A stretch of DNA of 63,692 nt from Octopus bimaculoides (Eukaryota), in contig NC_068995.1 of the NCBI RefSeq assembly GCF_001194135.2, forward strand, positions 10,734,578-10,798,269, given 5' to 3'. A program made the translations under genes and the position numbers. Every line of letters begins with the position of its first letter. The first letter of the stretch is position 1. Below are positions 59,846 through 63,692 of this stretch, in pieces. Below the pieces are notes generated by a model. It saw only the letters and a program-made list of their open reading frames with translations, was not told the DNA's origin and ran no database searches.

Positions 59846-60544
59846 CTGGGAAAAACACAATATATAAAAGTGAGATGAAATATTTGACATTAAAAGCATT
59901 CACAATACAAAAAGAAAAACAAAATAAATTTAGACCATTAGCATTTAAACTGACCATATCAGGCCCCACTATTCTACCTGTTCTATGTCCAAACTGGCCA
60001 GTTCTGGCCTTTGACACTTACCCTACAATGTCATCCTGGAAATAAAAAATCACCTTATTGAAATCTCAAAGCTATTTGATAAGGCATAACTAATTCAAAG
60101 CAATGTGAATAAAAAGTCATTAAGAAGTAAACTGGTACTCTACCACTTATGATGACAAGGGTTCTAGGTCCTAGTGGTTGAGCACTCCACAGACTCAACC
60201 CTTTCGTTACTGTATTTATTTTGAGATGCTCCGTGTTTCTTTCAATTAATTTTAAATATAACAAAGAATTTAGTAAAATAACTTAGTCATCATTAAGCTA
60301 GTGTTAGGAACGTAAATTGTGATTAATGTTTGGTGGAAGATTTTTATTCAGAACTTTTGAAAACAAGACATTTGTACTACAGAGCCAGAGCCGGTTTCAA
60401 CCAGGTTGGTATCAAAAGGGTTGAATTAATCATTCGCTAACCCTTAATAATGATGATGATGATGATGATGATAATAATAATAATAATAATGGTTTCAAAT
60501 TTTGGCACAAAACCAGCAAGTCTGGCAGATGGGGTAAATCGACT

Positions 60545-60756
60545 CGTCTCAGGACAATTACCCCCCTAGGACAATTAGCCTCCAATAGGACAATTCCTCC
60601 CGACGACAACTACCCCCAATGACAATTACTCCTCCTTGGTTAATTACCCCCTCTCCAATATATCAAGAAGTTTTAAATCATCATTTGTTGTCCTCAGGGG
60701 TAATTGTCTTGGAGTGGTGGTGGTTATTGTCCAGTGGGGGTAAATGTTCTAGAATC
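60545..60756. mobile_element. Mutator-like MITE, second copy
   Basis: Homologous to 18410-18609; 9-bp TSD 8/9 identical; interrupts a family-B SINE. Confidence 0.8.
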
Positions 60757-61864
60757 AGATCGACTACACCTACCCCAGTGTTCGACTGATATTTATTTTG
60801 TAGACCCTGAAAGGATAAAGGGTAAAGTCAACCTTGGTGGAATTTGAACTCAGAATGTAAAGATGTGTGAGATGCCAGTAAGCATTTTGTCCAGCGTGCC
60901 AACAGTTCTGCTAGCTGACAACAATGATGATGATGATGATGACTGTTTTCACAAAACCCCTTGTTGTTGAAAAGGGTTATAACACATTTGAATCTTTGCC
61001 TCTAACCCAGTGCATAACTGGTACTTATTCAACAAACTGTGATGAGAAGGATAAAAAAAAGATAAAGAAAAAAAAATTGCCGCGTAAATGGCACCTGTGC
61101 ACTGTAGTCATTGCTTGTGTCATGTGAACGACACCTGTGCCAGTGGCATGTAAAAGCACCCATTGCACTCCTGGAGTGGTTGGTGTTAGGAAGGGCATCC
61201 GGCTGTAGAAACCATGCCAAATCAAACTGGAACCTGGTGCAGCTCTCCAGCTCATCAGCTCCAGTCAGACCGTCTAACCGATGCCGTCATGGAGATTGGA
61301 TGCTAAACGGTGATGACGATGATGATGAAAAAGAAGAAAAAAAAAAGGAAAAAAACCCCCCCAAAAAAAGGAAAAAAAGTAGCAAACTAAGACCTCTCTT
61401 GGGATTTGAACTCAGGACAGAGAAGGAAAGAACTAAATACTACAATGGTCATACTGATTTTGTCAACGCATTGCTTCAAACGATATAATGTTGAATTCTC
61501 GTCAGCTCTTATCTCACTTCCTTTCTAGATATCAATCGTGGCTATTTCGTCTCTGTTATTATTGTAATGATAATTACGAAGACCATTAATTTCAGCTTTA
61601 GAATGGTATAGATTACGGTATTTATATTTATGCCATGTCTCGATTAGTTTGATCTCTGATAGTTATCAAAGTATCTTATTTCTGAATATATAAATATATA
61701 GATCTCATGATCACAATCATGATCACCATTTGATGTGTAATTTTCCATGCTTGCATGGGTCAGGCGGAATTTGTTGAGGCAGATATTCTACAGCCAGGTG
61801 GCCTTTTTGCTGCCAATATGCACCTGCTTCCAAGCAAGGTAATACAGCCCCTAATATATTGCTA

Positions 61865-62165
61865 CGTGAAGGCACATGGCCCAGGCTTGCAATCATGAAA
61901 TAGTGAGTTCGATTCTAGGACCAGGCTGTGTGTTGTGTTCTTGAGCAAGACACTTTATTTCACGTTGCTCCAGTTCACTCATCTGTAGAAATGAATTGTG
62001 ATGTCACTGGTGCCAAGCTGTATCAGCCCTTGCCTTTCCCTTGGATAACATCGGTGGCATGGAGAGGCTGGTGTACATGGGCGACTGCTGGTCTTCCATA
62101 AACAACCTTGCCTGGACTTGTGCCTTGAAGGGTAAACTTTCAAGGTGCAACCCTATGGTCACTTA
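61865..62165 (+). mobile_element. SINE family E (gagttcgattc B-box, cttgagcaagacactt core)
   Basis: Related copies at about 7012-7360(-), 11110-11400(+), 44620-44915(-), 55040-55215(-), 62370-62480(-). Confidence 0.8.
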
Positions 62166-62491
62166 CCCTTTACCTTTTATATTGCCCCGTTCCCAGACAT
62201 GTTTTTCATGGAGCCCTAGAATTGAATGACCTCACTGCCATGAGGATGGTACTCATTAACCACCATCATATAACGTTTAGACAAGGGTACACACAAGCAC
62301 ATACACACTTACATATGATACAGATGATGGGCTTCTTTCGGTTTGCCTGATGTGCTGACAATCCTGCCAGCCTCTCCACGCCACCGATGTTACCCAAGGG
62401 AAAGGCAAAGGGGCCGATACAGCTTGGCACCTGTGACGTCACAACTCATTTCTACAACTGAGTGAACTGAAGCAATGAGCTTTGATTGTAA

Positions 62492-62576
<85 letters not shown>

Positions 62577-63692
62577 CACATACTGGGCTTTGTATATTTT
62601 ACCCCAGTGTCACTTTGACGGCAGGCACTGCTCGCTCACCCATTAGTAATAATAATAATAATAATAATAAGCATTTCTGCTGTTGGTACAAGGCCAGCAA
62701 TTTCAGGGAAGTGGGTAACTTGATTACATTGACCGCAGCGTTCAACTGGTACCTATTGTATTGACCTCAAAAGGATGAAAGGCAGAGTCGGCCTTGGTAG
62801 AGTTTGAACTTAGAACATGATGATGGACAAAATGCTTGGCAGCATTTTGTCTGACATGCTAACGGTTCTACCAGCTGGCAGCCCTATGTTTTCACACAAT
62901 ACTGGAATCAATGGACACTGCTTGCATTATGGCGACATTCACGTAGAACTATCACAACACGCACACACATGGGCATGCACACATACATACATATGCATGT
63001 GTGACAGATTTACACACAGTTTTTGCTGAGCAAATTCCTTCACAAAGCACTGGTCAGCCCTGAGTTAAAGCAGAAGACACCTGCCCAAGAAGTCACGCAG
63101 GGGGATTGAACCTGACACTACATGGCTGCATAGAAAACTTCTTAACCACGCAAGTGGTTTCTATCATGCACGATGATTGACGAAGCATCATGTAACCCAT
63201 TCATTTGATGGACGATGACGATGCTGTAAGATGTATGGTTTCTATGTCTTTTTACATTTGAAGAATTACAGTAAAAGAGATTTCTGTATGATTTTGTCGC
63301 CCTCCTCCCTCCACCCAGCCACTCTTCTTACCCATCCAACTGAAATAAATAAAAGTAAATGAAATAAAAGAAAACAACACACACACACAAACAAACAATA
63401 AATAAAACTAAAACATAAAACCTTTGTAGCCAAACTAATTTATTGTGTTGGAGATAATCTAACTGTCGAGGGGGAATTTGTGGTAAGAAGAAGACAAAGA
63501 TATTTATGGAATATTTGAGTGTATTATTGGTAATAAATAGATTGTTTTTAATGCTGTATGGCAATAAAAACATGGCCAGGGAAATGTCAAAGAAATAAAA
63601 CGACTGGCAAACAATAAACAAAATATAATCTACCAAATTCATCATTATCATCATCATCATCGTTGTTTTAATGTAGTTTCCCATGCTTGCAT

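Noticed and set aside
63410-63480. Additional upstream plexin exon (ttccccctcgacag acceptor)
   Set aside because: The phase needed to join e1 contains a TAA, the donor GTTTTA is poor, and there is no Sema-like sequence

Overview
This is AT-rich animal genomic DNA, not prokaryotic. The SINE and microsatellite landscape suggests an octopod cephalopod (inference). I can support one gene: a plexin, probably class B, on the minus strand. I traced 26 GT-AG coding exons (59845 down to 5338). They splice with consistent phases into one open frame of 3612 nt (1204 codons): PSI1-TIG-PSI2-TIG-PSI3, four IPT domains, TM helix, juxtamembrane coil, RasGAP segment 1, Rho-binding domain and the start of GAP segment 2. 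The Sema domain and C-terminus lie outside the window. Exon numbers e1-e26 are local to this window. Almost all other ORF-track entries are translations of repeats or N-gaps. The introns hold at least five SINE-like families, (TAA)n-associated RLE retrotransposon fragments, Penelope-like and RTE LINE remnants, a Gypsy LTR/PBS/gag remnant, a DD37D Tc1/mariner element, hAT, mariner, piggyBac-like and Mutator-like MITEs, several foldback elements, mini/microsatellites and assembly gaps. I found no rRNA, functional tRNA or CRISPR, and no convincing new multi-gene system. The best leads are plexin ectodomain peculiarities, long intronic dsRNA-forming foldbacks, an RTE tail with three zinc fingers and hammerhead-like motifs. 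Exon coordinates were indexed base by base; most repeat boundaries are approximate.
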